Origin: Candidatus Saccharimonadia bacterium
Lineage (GTDB): Bacteria > Patescibacteriota > Saccharimonadia > UBA4664
Assembly (NCBI GenBank): GCA_038245115.1
Contig: JBBRSS010000006.1
Span: 1 to 57,436 of the forward strand
Reading direction: 5' to 3'
DNA: 57,436 nucleotides
The position numbers and the translations under genes are program-made. Positions within the stretch are counted from its first letter, which is position 1, and every line of letters starts with the position of its first letter. Below are positions 1 to 9,139 of this stretch, piece after piece. The notes under the pieces are model-generated. The model was given only the letters and a program-made list of their open reading frames with translations. It searched no databases and had not been told where the DNA came from.

Positions 1-50
1 ATTTTGGTAATAATTGCTTGTTTCTTAGTCGCGTCGATTTGGTTACTCAT
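1..50 (-). CDS. N-terminal 16 codons of an unidentified gene continuing off the left edge
   Basis: Minus-strand ATG at 50-48 with GGGAG Shine-Dalgarno 5 nt upstream (rc of 56-60). Reads MSNQIDATKKQAIITK. Confidence 0.3.
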   Translation of the reverse strand, partial: MSNQIDATKKQAIITK

Positions 51-206
51 GGTGGCTCCCTCACTTATTAGCTTAAGTCATGAGGGCTAGCTTCGGTGCG
101 AGCACTCAGACTATGTGCTTAATATATCGGGGACCTGACACACCCATTAGATGGTGCACCTGACGAGGAGCATACTGGGTCGTCGAGCCAAGCTAGTGAG
201 ATAGAA

Positions 207-1196
207 GTGAGCCGCTTGGTCAAACTCATGGATAAGCTACATGCCGAGGAGCAATTTAGCAGTCTGGAGAATCGGAAGGAGTTTATTAAAAATCTTACCT
301 TTGAAGATCTCCAGAATTGGCTGATTAGGGTCAATGGCATGGTACGGGAACTCCCGGCTGCTCAGCGAACACTCGACGGGAGTGGGGTGGTTGAGGTGAG
401 TAATAACTTCGGCTACGCTGCAGCGGAATATGTTCCACCAGCAAAAGGGGATCGGCAAGAACTATTGTCTGAGGCATTTAACGCTGCTCATGGGCTAGAG
501 CCCGAAAAAGCGGCTACGTTGCTAGGGTTATCGATTAATACGATTCACCCGTTTATGGACGGTAACGGCCGCACAAGCAGGTTTGTATACACTATGTTAG
601 CTCATGGGTACGATGGTTCCCAGGAAGATAAGCAACTGTTAAATGATGTACTGGAGAATGGCGAGGGGCGGAAGGTAGTTGACCTTGACCCAACACGTGC
701 AAAGCTCTCCGAGCGCTGGTCCCAAAATCGTGTTGCAAAGGTTGCCAATGAGCACGGGTATCAAGGCAAACTGCCGAATTATTCTTATCTCGGGTCTGCA
801 TACGAAGCGGGGGATGTGGGAACTTATTGTCCGGATACGTTGCTGGTAGGTGAGCACGTGTCAGCCGATGCACGGGCTAAGCTACATGCCGTATTGATGG
901 AGAAAGATTTCAACATGCCGAATCTTTTTGCTCACTGTTTCGAGGAGGACCGTAAGCCAGAGGATTTCATGAGGTCTTTTGAGGATGGGAGAATGATTAT
1001 TGAGAACGGGAAACTAATAGGTCAAATGACCGAGGAAGAGATAGCTCGCCTAAGAATGGGCCAAGATGAGATTAAGAAAGAATACGTTCAGGGTTTGGTG
1101 CGGGTTTTTGCCAACCCAGAAAATGCTGAACTGGCAGATAGCTTGGTCACATTCTATCGTCCACAAGCTGGAGATGATCTGCCGCCATCGCACTAG
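207..1196 (+). CDS. Fic/DOC family protein (putative AMPylase)
   Basis: 329-aa ORF (GTG 207, alternative ATG 228). Canonical Fic motif HPFMDGNGRTSR (HxFx[D/E]GNGRxxR). Confidence 0.85.
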   Translation: MSRLVKLMDKLHAEEQFSSLENRKEFIKNLTFEDLQNWLIRVNGMVRELPAAQRTLDGSGVVEVSNNFGYAAAEYVPPAKGDRQELLSEAFNAAHGLEPEKAATLLGLSINTIHPFMDGNGRTSRFVYTMLAHGYDGSQEDKQLLNDVLENGEGRKVVDLDPTRAKLSERWSQNRVAKVANEHGYQGKLPNYSYLGSAYEAGDVGTYCPDTLLVGEHVSADARAKLHAVLMEKDFNMPNLFAHCFEEDRKPEDFMRSFEDGRMIIENGKLIGQMTEEEIARLRMGQDEIKKEYVQGLVRVFANPENAELADSLVTFYRPQAGDDLPPSH

Positions 1197-1599
1197 AGTA
1201 GCCCCGCTTGCCTTGGTCGGGGTTCGGCATCTTTAACCTCAGCTTGAACGGTAGGTTTGTGGCCCCTTAGCTTTTGTAGCAAATTCCGTACGGTTAAATT
1301 TGTGCGATATGCACAAAGACAACGAGTTTTATCCCGTGCATCATTGAGGTTGCGATTCTGGAGTCGGCGATAACTGAACACCCATAGTGGAGTTTGGTAG
1401 GTGCTGCTTTAGGGTTAGCAAGTTAACATGTCGGATTGTAAATAACTCTTTTGCGTTTGTGCTTGATGCGGGAGATCATGTTCTGCTTGGGGACGTTATC
1501 TAGCTTATATTTGGGATAATAATCTGGATTGCGGCCCCAATATTGGGAACGCCTGGTGAAAGCCAGCCCTTCGAGTGTCTCAGGAAAGGGGACCTCGAT

Positions 1600-2319
1600 A
1601 TGATTGATCGACATCGGAGTGGTATGAGCCGCTTGAGCGGAATGACGCCGTTTCGGGCGGTTATTTCGCTGATGGCAGTCATTGGACTCGTTGCAGGGTC
1701 TGTTGCTGTGTCGAGTGCATCGATGGCGTCGGGTAGCGTATCGGCGCAGGCGGCGGTCGCAAAGACCGTGCCGTTGGTCACCAAGCTGACTGTGCAGCAG
1801 CCATCGTGCAGGGTGGCTGCGCCGAAGTTCGTTGTTCGGACATCATCTGATTTGAGCCTCGGTTACGCCAAGTCCCGAAGCGAGATCATCTGGCCGACGA
1901 AGTTTGGCGATGTGCCGGCCGGGACCTACTCGGTTGCGCTGCCCGCGATGAGTCGGGGTGCCAGTGCGACTTGGTGGCTTGTGGTTCAGGTTCTTGATGA
2001 TCACCCGAGGTTCTACGGGCCATACAAGTTCCATCGGCTGAGCAATACAAACTGCTTGGTGCGTGCTATTCAGCCGACCCGGACGGTGGCTAGCCCGAAG
2101 GCGTGGGTCCACCTGGAGGGCGACGCCAGCATCGGTATCACCCATTCCAAGACCAGTGCGATCCACTGGGTGAAGTTTGAGAAGCCGGCGGGCTGGTATC
2201 TGATCACGTTCCCGGCTATGAGTCGGGGTACCGCTGCTCGGTGGTACATCGTGCTGAGGTTCCTGGACGACAGTGCGAAGCGGCTTGACCTTGGGCCACT
2301 GGTGTACCACCGGCCCTGA
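1600..2319 (+). CDS. Secreted or membrane-anchored hypothetical protein built from two ~95-aa internal repeats
   Basis: ATG 1600 follows the AGGAAAGGGGA RBS. Hydrophobic N-terminus AVISLMAVIGLVAGSVAV. Repeats: PAGTYSVALPAMSRGASATWWLVVQVLDD and PAGWYLITFPAMSRGTAARWYIVLRFLDD. Visibly GC-rich. Confidence 0.7.
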   Translation: MIDRHRSGMSRLSGMTPFRAVISLMAVIGLVAGSVAVSSASMASGSVSAQAAVAKTVPLVTKLTVQQPSCRVAAPKFVVRTSSDLSLGYAKSRSEIIWPTKFGDVPAGTYSVALPAMSRGASATWWLVVQVLDDHPRFYGPYKFHRLSNTNCLVRAIQPTRTVASPKAWVHLEGDASIGITHSKTSAIHWVKFEKPAGWYLITFPAMSRGTAARWYIVLRFLDDSAKRLDLGPLVYHRP

Positions 2320-2630
2320 GGCGTGCGTGAAGACGGAGATCACCAGTCCGGCTCTTTGTAGGGCCGGGTAGGCGATCAGCCGAGGGAGCGTGAGCGTTCG
2401 CTCACGGTGCATGCCATCTAGGTGTGCGCTCACGCTCTTGGCTGTCATTAGCCGTCTTACTCTTGTGCAATCCGGCATGTTACACCTCATTTGGTAATTA
2501 TATAGTTTGGGCTTGCGAGAGAAAATAACGCTAGGTAGGTTGACTGGGTTGTAGCACAGCGGCGGGATGCGTGTGCTAACATAAGCACAATAAACAGCGG
2601 TACGGTTGTGCTCATAAACGGAAATTATCA

Positions 2631-4937
2631 ATGCCTCAAGTGACCAAGCAAGACTGGCGAGAGGCAAATCGCAAACTGCGGCTACCGGAGAAGGCAGCAT
2701 TCATTACGCTGAGTGCGCTTATTATTATTGCGGCAATAGTTCCAGGGCTGTTCTTGGTGACAGCGCCAAAGGCGTCGGCTTTGGGTAATGTCGGTCCTGC
2801 GCCAGGAGATTTTCAGGGTCGGCGAATGACTTTTGTGGTGGATAACACGCCATATGTGGGCGCCACTGTTACGACGGTTATGACCTACTTCAGAAATAAA
2901 AATGGTAATGCAGTAACGATTTCTAGCGCCGGGCTGACAGATTCGCCGAATTACGACACTTTCTATTCTGCCGTTGCGGGAAATCCAATCGTCACTCGTT
3001 ATGATTTGTTTGATGTCCAGACCGGTGCGTTGCTGGATACTTGTAACGCGAATAAAAATACGGCCACGTGTGTTCTGAACTTTAACTTTCCCGCCGCAAC
3101 AGGCGTAGATATTCGTACGGGATATTTTGGGGCCCAACTGCGGGCGACGCTAACTCCAAGGGCTGGCGAGGTATACCAGAACGGTTTTTGGGTCACTCTG
3201 AGTGCAGGAAACGTAGTTGGGTTCGACTCGACAAGTTTGGCCACGACCTTTGCAATGCAAGAAAATATAGTAGCTAAAAGATATACGGACTGGACGCTGA
3301 AGTTTGGGGCAGATTGCACGGTGCTACCTCCGGCGGGGAAGTTGGTGCCGTTTATTTGGTACGATCCGGATAATGGCGACCCAGGGGTTCAACCGCAAAA
3401 GTCGTCTTTTAGGATAATTGACGTGACGGGTGCAGCGAAGGTGGTTAGTTTGGTGCTGCCTGGCGGGAACGATTTTACGACCGGAGCTTCGCCGGCTTCA
3501 TTGAACTCCGCGACCAATAGGGTGACTCCGGGGAATAACTCCAAGACAAACGGCCATGTGTTTTTTACTGCGTTGCCGGGTCACATCTATCAGGTGGAGT
3601 GGGATCATGTTTATTCTAATAACACGCTACAGTTCCAGCTACCGTTCGATAGTATTTATTTTATGACAAAAGGCTGCGCAATTAAGCCTTATACGATCAC
3701 GCCGACTCTGAGCACCGCACTTAATCATCTCGAGCCTGGGACTGCCGGCATTGTCAACGCAGTCGCCACGGCAAATATGGGGCCGACGGCACCATACTCG
3801 ATGAATGTTGCGGCGTCGGGGACGGCCAGTGTGCCCGCCCCGGCATACGCGCCGGCGCCTTCGTGGGCTATGGGAGCTTTTGCCGGGGCGGGGGCCCAGA
3901 CTAGATCCTTCAGCGTCACAATTGCTAACACCGTGCCTGATGGTACGACTATATGTTTTACAAACACAATAAATCCAGCTAAATGGACCCAGGCGGGGGG
4001 TTTTACGGCTCTGACATCGGCGCCATTATGCCTGCCGGTCTATCGAACGCGCTATCCGGCAGTTGAGGGCTTCAAGGGTGATATTCATGCCGGAGGCGGA
4101 ATGTGTGTGCCCGAAACCAATGTCCTAGCCGGCCTGGGCTCGCCTGGTCGGGTGAGCGGCAATATTAACGGCGGATCGTTTGGGCAATACGTGGTATCGG
4201 CCTCAACCACCATCAATAGTTTTGGCTCGGCGGGCTCGGTGGGCAATACGGCCCTAACAAGGCTTAATTTTGGCTCGGCGGGAGCATATACCCAAGTGTG
4301 CCGACCGAATTTGCTATTGGCGGCGAACGACTACCGAAATAACGGGGGAACGGGAATTACTACCAGATCCGTAGCCTCGGTGCCGCTGTTTGATGTTACG
4401 AACCAAGGAGGAATATGGTATTTCGACGGCGGGGGGGATTTGAGTATCACCGGGACGGTTGGAGCATCGTTGAGCATCGTAAAGACCGGCCCCGGCTTAG
4501 TGAAGATAGTTCCGTCGGCATCAACTCCGACCGGGATCGTCCGAAGCGCCGCAGCATACCCGGCACATTCGTCTCCGGGAGTGGAAGGTATTCCGTCGCT
4601 GGGCGTGATAACTGCAGGAGACATTGTGATTCCGGCGGCTGTTAGAAATGTCGATGCGTACCTGTTTGCCAATGGGCTGATTGATACCTGCGAGGAAGGT
4701 CAATCGGCGGTGGCAGCCACAATAAAACTATGCGCGAATACTCTGGCCGTAAACGGGTTCTTAATGGCGAATAAGATTGCCTTTCGCAGGTTGGGGCCGC
4801 CCAATACTAAAGGGATAGTCCCGGCGGAGATTGTTACGTTATCACCGCAGATATATTTGAACCCGCCAAAGTTCTTTGACTCCTCTGTCGACGGTACATT
4901 TATCGAGGGGTTGGGCGAGAAGCAGCCACTGTATTAG
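2631..4937 (+). CDS. Large secreted/anchored protein, pilus-operon paralog A (no family recognised)
   Basis: 768-aa ORF with an N-terminal TM anchor (AAFITLSALIIIAAIVPGLFLV). From about aa 352 onward it is homologous to ORF 5567-7453 (GDIHAGGG, GGSFGQYVVSAST, VDAYLFANG.IDTCEEGQSAV, LSPQIYLNPPKFFDSSVDG, GEKQPL[YF] end). Confidence 0.85.
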   Translation: MPQVTKQDWREANRKLRLPEKAAFITLSALIIIAAIVPGLFLVTAPKASALGNVGPAPGDFQGRRMTFVVDNTPYVGATVTTVMTYFRNKNGNAVTISSAGLTDSPNYDTFYSAVAGNPIVTRYDLFDVQTGALLDTCNANKNTATCVLNFNFPAATGVDIRTGYFGAQLRATLTPRAGEVYQNGFWVTLSAGNVVGFDSTSLATTFAMQENIVAKRYTDWTLKFGADCTVLPPAGKLVPFIWYDPDNGDPGVQPQKSSFRIIDVTGAAKVVSLVLPGGNDFTTGASPASLNSATNRVTPGNNSKTNGHVFFTALPGHIYQVEWDHVYSNNTLQFQLPFDSIYFMTKGCAIKPYTITPTLSTALNHLEPGTAGIVNAVATANMGPTAPYSMNVAASGTASVPAPAYAPAPSWAMGAFAGAGAQTRSFSVTIANTVPDGTTICFTNTINPAKWTQAGGFTALTSAPLCLPVYRTRYPAVEGFKGDIHAGGGMCVPETNVLAGLGSPGRVSGNINGGSFGQYVVSASTTINSFGSAGSVGNTALTRLNFGSAGAYTQVCRPNLLLAANDYRNNGGTGITTRSVASVPLFDVTNQGGIWYFDGGGDLSITGTVGASLSIVKTGPGLVKIVPSASTPTGIVRSAAAYPAHSSPGVEGIPSLGVITAGDIVIPAAVRNVDAYLFANGLIDTCEEGQSAVAATIKLCANTLAVNGFLMANKIAFRRLGPPNTKGIVPAEIVTLSPQIYLNPPKFFDSSVDGTFIEGLGEKQPLY

Positions 4938-5048
4938 ACCTGACGGGCGTGTTTGAGATTGAGATAATAGTAGTGGTAGAGGCTGTTTTGTCAAAACAAT
5001 CATAACCGGATTGACGCAAAGCTATTTCCTGTACACAATAGCTATAGC

Positions 5049-5570
5049 ATGCCGCAAATATATGTAGAAAAGAGAATACTGGATTGGCAGCGCATTACTG
5101 GTGTGGCGATTGCGGTATTAATTGTGACTGCGATAGTGGTCTTTGCTGCCGTTTTAAACGCTCAGAAACCCGATACGAAGGCTGCGACGAAAGCAATCAT
5201 CTTAAATGCCCAAGACAAAGCATTTTCGAATGACTATGATGGAGCGATAACGTTGCTGAAGGCTCAACTAAAGTCGGCTTCAACGGACGAGGAAAAGCTG
5301 AGCATTCATACTGCCATAGGCTCGAATTACGAATCCAAGAAGGATTTTCAGTCGGCGTTGGCAGAGTTTAAGCAGTCTCAGGCGATCGCACACACCTACG
5401 GTACTGATATGTCGGTGGCCCGAGCGGCGGAGGAGGCGGCCGATAATGCTACGGCACTGGCGAACTATCGACTTTGCTATCAGGGGATTAAGGACGGCAC
5501 CTATAAGGGTCATTATGGTGACCTAAGCGAAGTGCAGGTTGCCATCACGAGGGTAGGGGGGACGCCATGA
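5049..5570 (+). CDS. Membrane-anchored helical-repeat (TPR-like) protein
   Basis: 173-aa ORF with an N-terminal TM (ITGVAIAVLIVTAIVVFAAVL) followed by an Ala/Leu/Lys-rich helical region. Its stop overlaps the next start (ATGATG at 5567). The TPR assignment is by eye only. Confidence 0.6.
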   Translation: MPQIYVEKRILDWQRITGVAIAVLIVTAIVVFAAVLNAQKPDTKAATKAIILNAQDKAFSNDYDGAITLLKAQLKSASTDEEKLSIHTAIGSNYESKKDFQSALAEFKQSQAIAHTYGTDMSVARAAEEAADNATALANYRLCYQGIKDGTYKGHYGDLSEVQVAITRVGGTP

Positions 5571-7453
5571 TGCGAAAACGCTTAGCAGCTATTTTGATGG
5601 TTTTCTCGGCGATATTGCCGCTATTGCAATCGGCCCCTGCTTCGGCGGCACCATATTATGCTCGCGCAGAGCATCGTGGTTACTTCACTAATGTTCTTGA
5701 CGAATGGGGGGGTAGTGTTCTGACGAATGGTATTCACCCTAGTCCGGCGCCGCTGTTGAATGGGAAGCTATGCACTGCGTCATTTATTGAGCAAATTATT
5801 GCATTTACGCAACAGAGTGCGGATTTAGAGTCTCTATATGGGGCGAAGTTCATTATTTTGACGATGCTTGGCGAGCCAGCCGGAGTCGATATGAACCTGG
5901 CGCATAGTTTGGCGGAACAGGCAAGATGGATTCAGCTGGTGACAATGTATTCGGACAACGGCTGGATTTCGTGGGGGCCGGCCTGCAAGGGCGTGAACGC
6001 AACCTATCAGTACAATACTTACTGGCAGGGTAACAATGGCGGTCAGCCCGGAGTGCAGCCTAATCCTTATGATGATGCTTGGTTTAATGACCCCGGCGGT
6101 TCGACGCCCGATGCAATCATTTTCCATAATCCGGCTAAGCCGACGGATTTCTATATGATCCGTGAGGAATGCGGCAATCCGATTGGTGATTTTCAGCCGA
6201 TTGGCTCGTCTATAGCCCCGTTTGCGATTACGCCTTCGGTAACTGTGACTGGGAGTGCTGGGAGCCCGACTCATCTTGAGCAGGGGCAACTTTACGCGAT
6301 TAACGCAATCGCAACTAATGGCGGTTCTGCGACACCAGATTTTACGATGAATGCCACCCCGACAGCTCCAGCCCCGCCAAAAGTTAGCGCGTTATCGCCG
6401 TTGAATATTTATTCCGGGCCAACTTCCTGGTCGGAAACGGGTTTCCCGGGGGCAGGGGGTACCCAGGTGGAGAGTTATAACTTAACAATATCTACCACTG
6501 TGCCCGATGGGTCGTGGATATGTTTTAGCAATACTATCAATCCGGCTTCATGGACGGCGGCCGCTGGATATGCGCCGGCGACTTCGCCACCGTTATGTCT
6601 TGAGGTATACAGCACGCGTTTCCCGACCGTCCAAGGTTTCAACGGCGATATCCACGCCGGCGGGGGGCTATGCTTGCCGGGGTCAAATACTCTAGGTACT
6701 CCGAGCTATCCCGGGTTTGTTTCCGGGAATTCAAACGGCGGGTCGTTCGGCCAGTATGTAGTATCGGCTTCAACTAGCATTAATCACTTTGGTTCGGCCG
6801 GGTCGCCGGGTAATACTGCTTTGACGACTCTGAATCTTGGTGCGGCTGGGGCGTACACTCAGGTGTGCCGACCGGATTTGCTGGATGCGGCAATCTCAAA
6901 ACGGCCGGCGGGCGCTCCGACGGTGTCGTCGCCGGTTGATGTGTCTGGGTTGAGCGGGGTGTATTACTTTGACGGGCCAGGAGACCTAAACGTATCCGGG
7001 ACGGTGGGGGCCTCGGTGACGATTGTGAAGACAAGCCCTATTGGGGTTGTTCGGGTTAACGGCAACATAACTCGGAATAATAGTTTTAGCTACGCGGCTC
7101 ACGGCGTGCCTTCGCTGGGGATAATAACAGATGGCAATATCGTAATTGCGGCTGGCGTGAAGCAAGTAGATGCGTACTTGTTTGCAAACGGGGAGATTGA
7201 TACGTGCGAGGAAGGTCAATCGGCAGTGCCAGCCACAAGGAAGCAGTGTTCGAACACCCTGGCAGTAAACGGTTTCCTGATGTCGAACAAAATCTCGTTT
7301 CGCAGGCTCGGGCCGGCGAACGTTTCCGGAGTTCAGACGGCCGAGAAGGTGACGTTATCGCCGCAAATTTATCTGAACCCGCCAAAGTTCTTTGACAGTT
7401 CTGTCGATGGCGGTTTTCTCGAAGGCCAGGGCGAGAAGCAGCCGTTGTTTTAG
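5567..7453 (+). CDS. Large secreted protein, pilus-operon paralog B
   Basis: 628-aa ORF with a Sec-type signal peptide (LAAILMVFSAILPLLQSAPASAAP). From about aa 218 to the end it is homologous to paralog A, with DNA runs such as tgcgaggaaggtcaatcggc shared. Confidence 0.85.
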   Translation: MMRKRLAAILMVFSAILPLLQSAPASAAPYYARAEHRGYFTNVLDEWGGSVLTNGIHPSPAPLLNGKLCTASFIEQIIAFTQQSADLESLYGAKFIILTMLGEPAGVDMNLAHSLAEQARWIQLVTMYSDNGWISWGPACKGVNATYQYNTYWQGNNGGQPGVQPNPYDDAWFNDPGGSTPDAIIFHNPAKPTDFYMIREECGNPIGDFQPIGSSIAPFAITPSVTVTGSAGSPTHLEQGQLYAINAIATNGGSATPDFTMNATPTAPAPPKVSALSPLNIYSGPTSWSETGFPGAGGTQVESYNLTISTTVPDGSWICFSNTINPASWTAAAGYAPATSPPLCLEVYSTRFPTVQGFNGDIHAGGGLCLPGSNTLGTPSYPGFVSGNSNGGSFGQYVVSASTSINHFGSAGSPGNTALTTLNLGAAGAYTQVCRPDLLDAAISKRPAGAPTVSSPVDVSGLSGVYYFDGPGDLNVSGTVGASVTIVKTSPIGVVRVNGNITRNNSFSYAAHGVPSLGIITDGNIVIAAGVKQVDAYLFANGEIDTCEEGQSAVPATRKQCSNTLAVNGFLMSNKISFRRLGPANVSGVQTAEKVTLSPQIYLNPPKFFDSSVDGGFLEGQGEKQPLF

Positions 7454-7511
7454 CAATAATTGGAGTGATTATGTGTTTGAATTCCAAAATGGTTATGGTA
7501 GAGTTTAAGTA

Positions 7512-8552
7512 ATGGGACTATTTGTTAAGGAAACTGAATTCTTCGGTCTGGATATCGGCTCAACCGCCATCCGGTTGGTCCAACTTCGCCGTGGTGGCGA
7601 CCACCCCGCTTTGGTGGCTTACGGTGCTATACCGGTGCCGGCTAACTTGGCGGCGAGTGATTCGAGCCTAGATCAGGATAAGATGGCGGAGTTGATTCGC
7701 CAGTTGGTGCGAGAGAACCAGATTAGTCTCAAGAATGTGGTGGCGGGTCTATCGGCCACGAAAGTGTACGCGACCGTTATTACCACGCCGAAGCTCGAGA
7801 ACGCCCAGCTGGCCAAGGCGATTCGTTACCAGGCTGAGCAGTATATTCCGATGGCGATTGATCAAGTGAAGTTGGATTGGGCCGTGATAGACCAGAGCAA
7901 GGACGGCAAGCAGCTTGAAGTGTTGCTGGTGGCGGCGCCGAATTCGGCGGTTGATAAGTATGTGAGTATCCTGGAGAAGGCCGGCCTTGAGCCTTTGGGG
8001 CTGGAGCCAACTGCGACGGCTGTGGCACGAGCTTTGATACCCAAGAATAATCTCGCAGTTGTTATTTTGGATTTTGGATCGTTAGACTCGGATATTTCGA
8101 TTGTATGGAATAATGCACCGCGGTTGATTCGGTCCGTTTCGGCTGGCGGGCTGACTTTGGTGCGGTCGGTGGCGCAGAATCTGGGTCTGGATGAAGTGCA
8201 GGCAAATCAATTTACTTATAAGTTTGGGCTTACTCAGTCTAAACTCGAAGGCCAAGTATTTAAGGCTCTCAAACCAACGCTTGATAACCTGGTGGGTGAA
8301 GTTGAGAAATCGGTGAAGTATTTTGTGGGGCGTTATCCCGACGTCAAGATTGAAAAGCTAGTCGTGTCCGGTAGTCCCGCCGCCCTGCCAGAGCTTGGGC
8401 CGTTCTTGGCCAACTCTACTGGCTTACCGGTTGAATTTGGCAATGCCTGGGTGAACGTGTCGTATCCTTCGGGGTTGCAAGATAAGTTGATGGGGCTTTC
8501 CTCGGAATATGCGGCGGCGGTTGGTCTGGCGGGTCGGGGATACATGGAATGA
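7512..8552 (+). CDS. pilM: Type IV pilus assembly protein PilM (actin-like ATPase fold)
   Basis: 346 aa. N-terminal FGLDIGSTAIRLVQL is typical of PilM. It is immediately followed by PilN/PilO-like genes. Confidence 0.85.
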   Translation: MGLFVKETEFFGLDIGSTAIRLVQLRRGGDHPALVAYGAIPVPANLAASDSSLDQDKMAELIRQLVRENQISLKNVVAGLSATKVYATVITTPKLENAQLAKAIRYQAEQYIPMAIDQVKLDWAVIDQSKDGKQLEVLLVAAPNSAVDKYVSILEKAGLEPLGLEPTATAVARALIPKNNLAVVILDFGSLDSDISIVWNNAPRLIRSVSAGGLTLVRSVAQNLGLDEVQANQFTYKFGLTQSKLEGQVFKALKPTLDNLVGEVEKSVKYFVGRYPDVKIEKLVVSGSPAALPELGPFLANSTGLPVEFGNAWVNVSYPSGLQDKLMGLSSEYAAAVGLAGRGYME

Positions 8553-9139
8553 GTATCCTGATAAACCTACTCCCGGATCTGCGTCAGGCAAAACTGTTGG
8601 AAAAACGCCGCCGTCAACTGGTGAGTGGCGTGTCGGTAGTTATTTGGAGCGTCTGCGGGGGTGTGATCGTATTGCTCTCGATTTATTGGGGCGGCCAAGA
8701 GGCTATTATTAAGAATAAGAGCGCGAATATCGTTCGGGACACCAAACAGCTCAGGGAAGTTCCGGGTATTTACGATGCCTTAACAGCTCAGCAGCATTTG
8801 GCTTCATTGCCGAGTCTCTATGCTAAGCGAGTGTATATTTCGAAATTTTTAAGTGCCTACACGGCGTCAAATCCGGCCGATGTAGCGTTAACTACCATGG
8901 CGCTTGATGCTACTAATCTGCTAAAGGTGAGCGGTACGGCAAATTCGTATGCCGCGGTGGCCAAGCTGGCCAGGGCCCTCGAACAGTCGAATTTGACAGT
9001 TGGATCTAATGCTGCGGTGAAAAATATTCCCTACTTTACCAATGTTCATATCGGCGGAGTAAATTCGGGTGCAACTGGGAAAGTAAACTTTACGCTCGAT
9101 GTTGTAGTTGGGCCGGGAGCGGTAACAAATGGCAACTAA
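8549..9139 (+). CDS. pilN: PilN-like pilus assembly protein
   Basis: 196 aa. INLLPDLRQAKLLEKRRRQL followed by a single TM. 4-nt overlap (ATGA) with pilM. Confidence 0.7.
   Translation: MSILINLLPDLRQAKLLEKRRRQLVSGVSVVIWSVCGGVIVLLSIYWGGQEAIIKNKSANIVRDTKQLREVPGIYDALTAQQHLASLPSLYAKRVYISKFLSAYTASNPADVALTTMALDATNLLKVSGTANSYAAVAKLARALEQSNLTVGSNAAVKNIPYFTNVHIGGVNSGATGKVNFTLDVVVGPGAVTNGN

Noticed and set aside
1193-1614. Two frameshifted minus-strand ORF fragments (62 and 63 aa) that faintly recall a transposon-encoded nuclease C-terminus (VIYNPTC ... CLCAYRTNLTVRNLLQKLRG)
   Set aside because: The resemblance to TnpB-like motifs is too weak and gapped to call by eye. No terminal repeats or intact transposase were seen. 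An HMM search would be needed before annotating a mobile-element remnant.
1843-2700. 285-aa minus-strand ORF antisense to the repeat-protein gene
   Set aside because: Its composition is Arg/Pro/His-rich and nonsense-like. The plus-strand ORF shows an internal protein-level duplication, which is strong coding evidence. This is a typical shadow ORF of a GC-rich gene. Only its first ~55 codons are discussed separately, as a weak HicA-like remnant.
4431-4437. Other G7 runs inside surface-related genes (4431-4437 paralog A, 5705-5711 paralog B, 17476-17482 PilX-like, 42773-42779 GT2) as additional phase-variation switches
   Set aside because: All are in frame within intact ORFs. A rough expectation for a ~50-55% GC sequence of this length is several G7/C7 runs by chance. 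Only the G8 at 18361 coincides with a frame junction.
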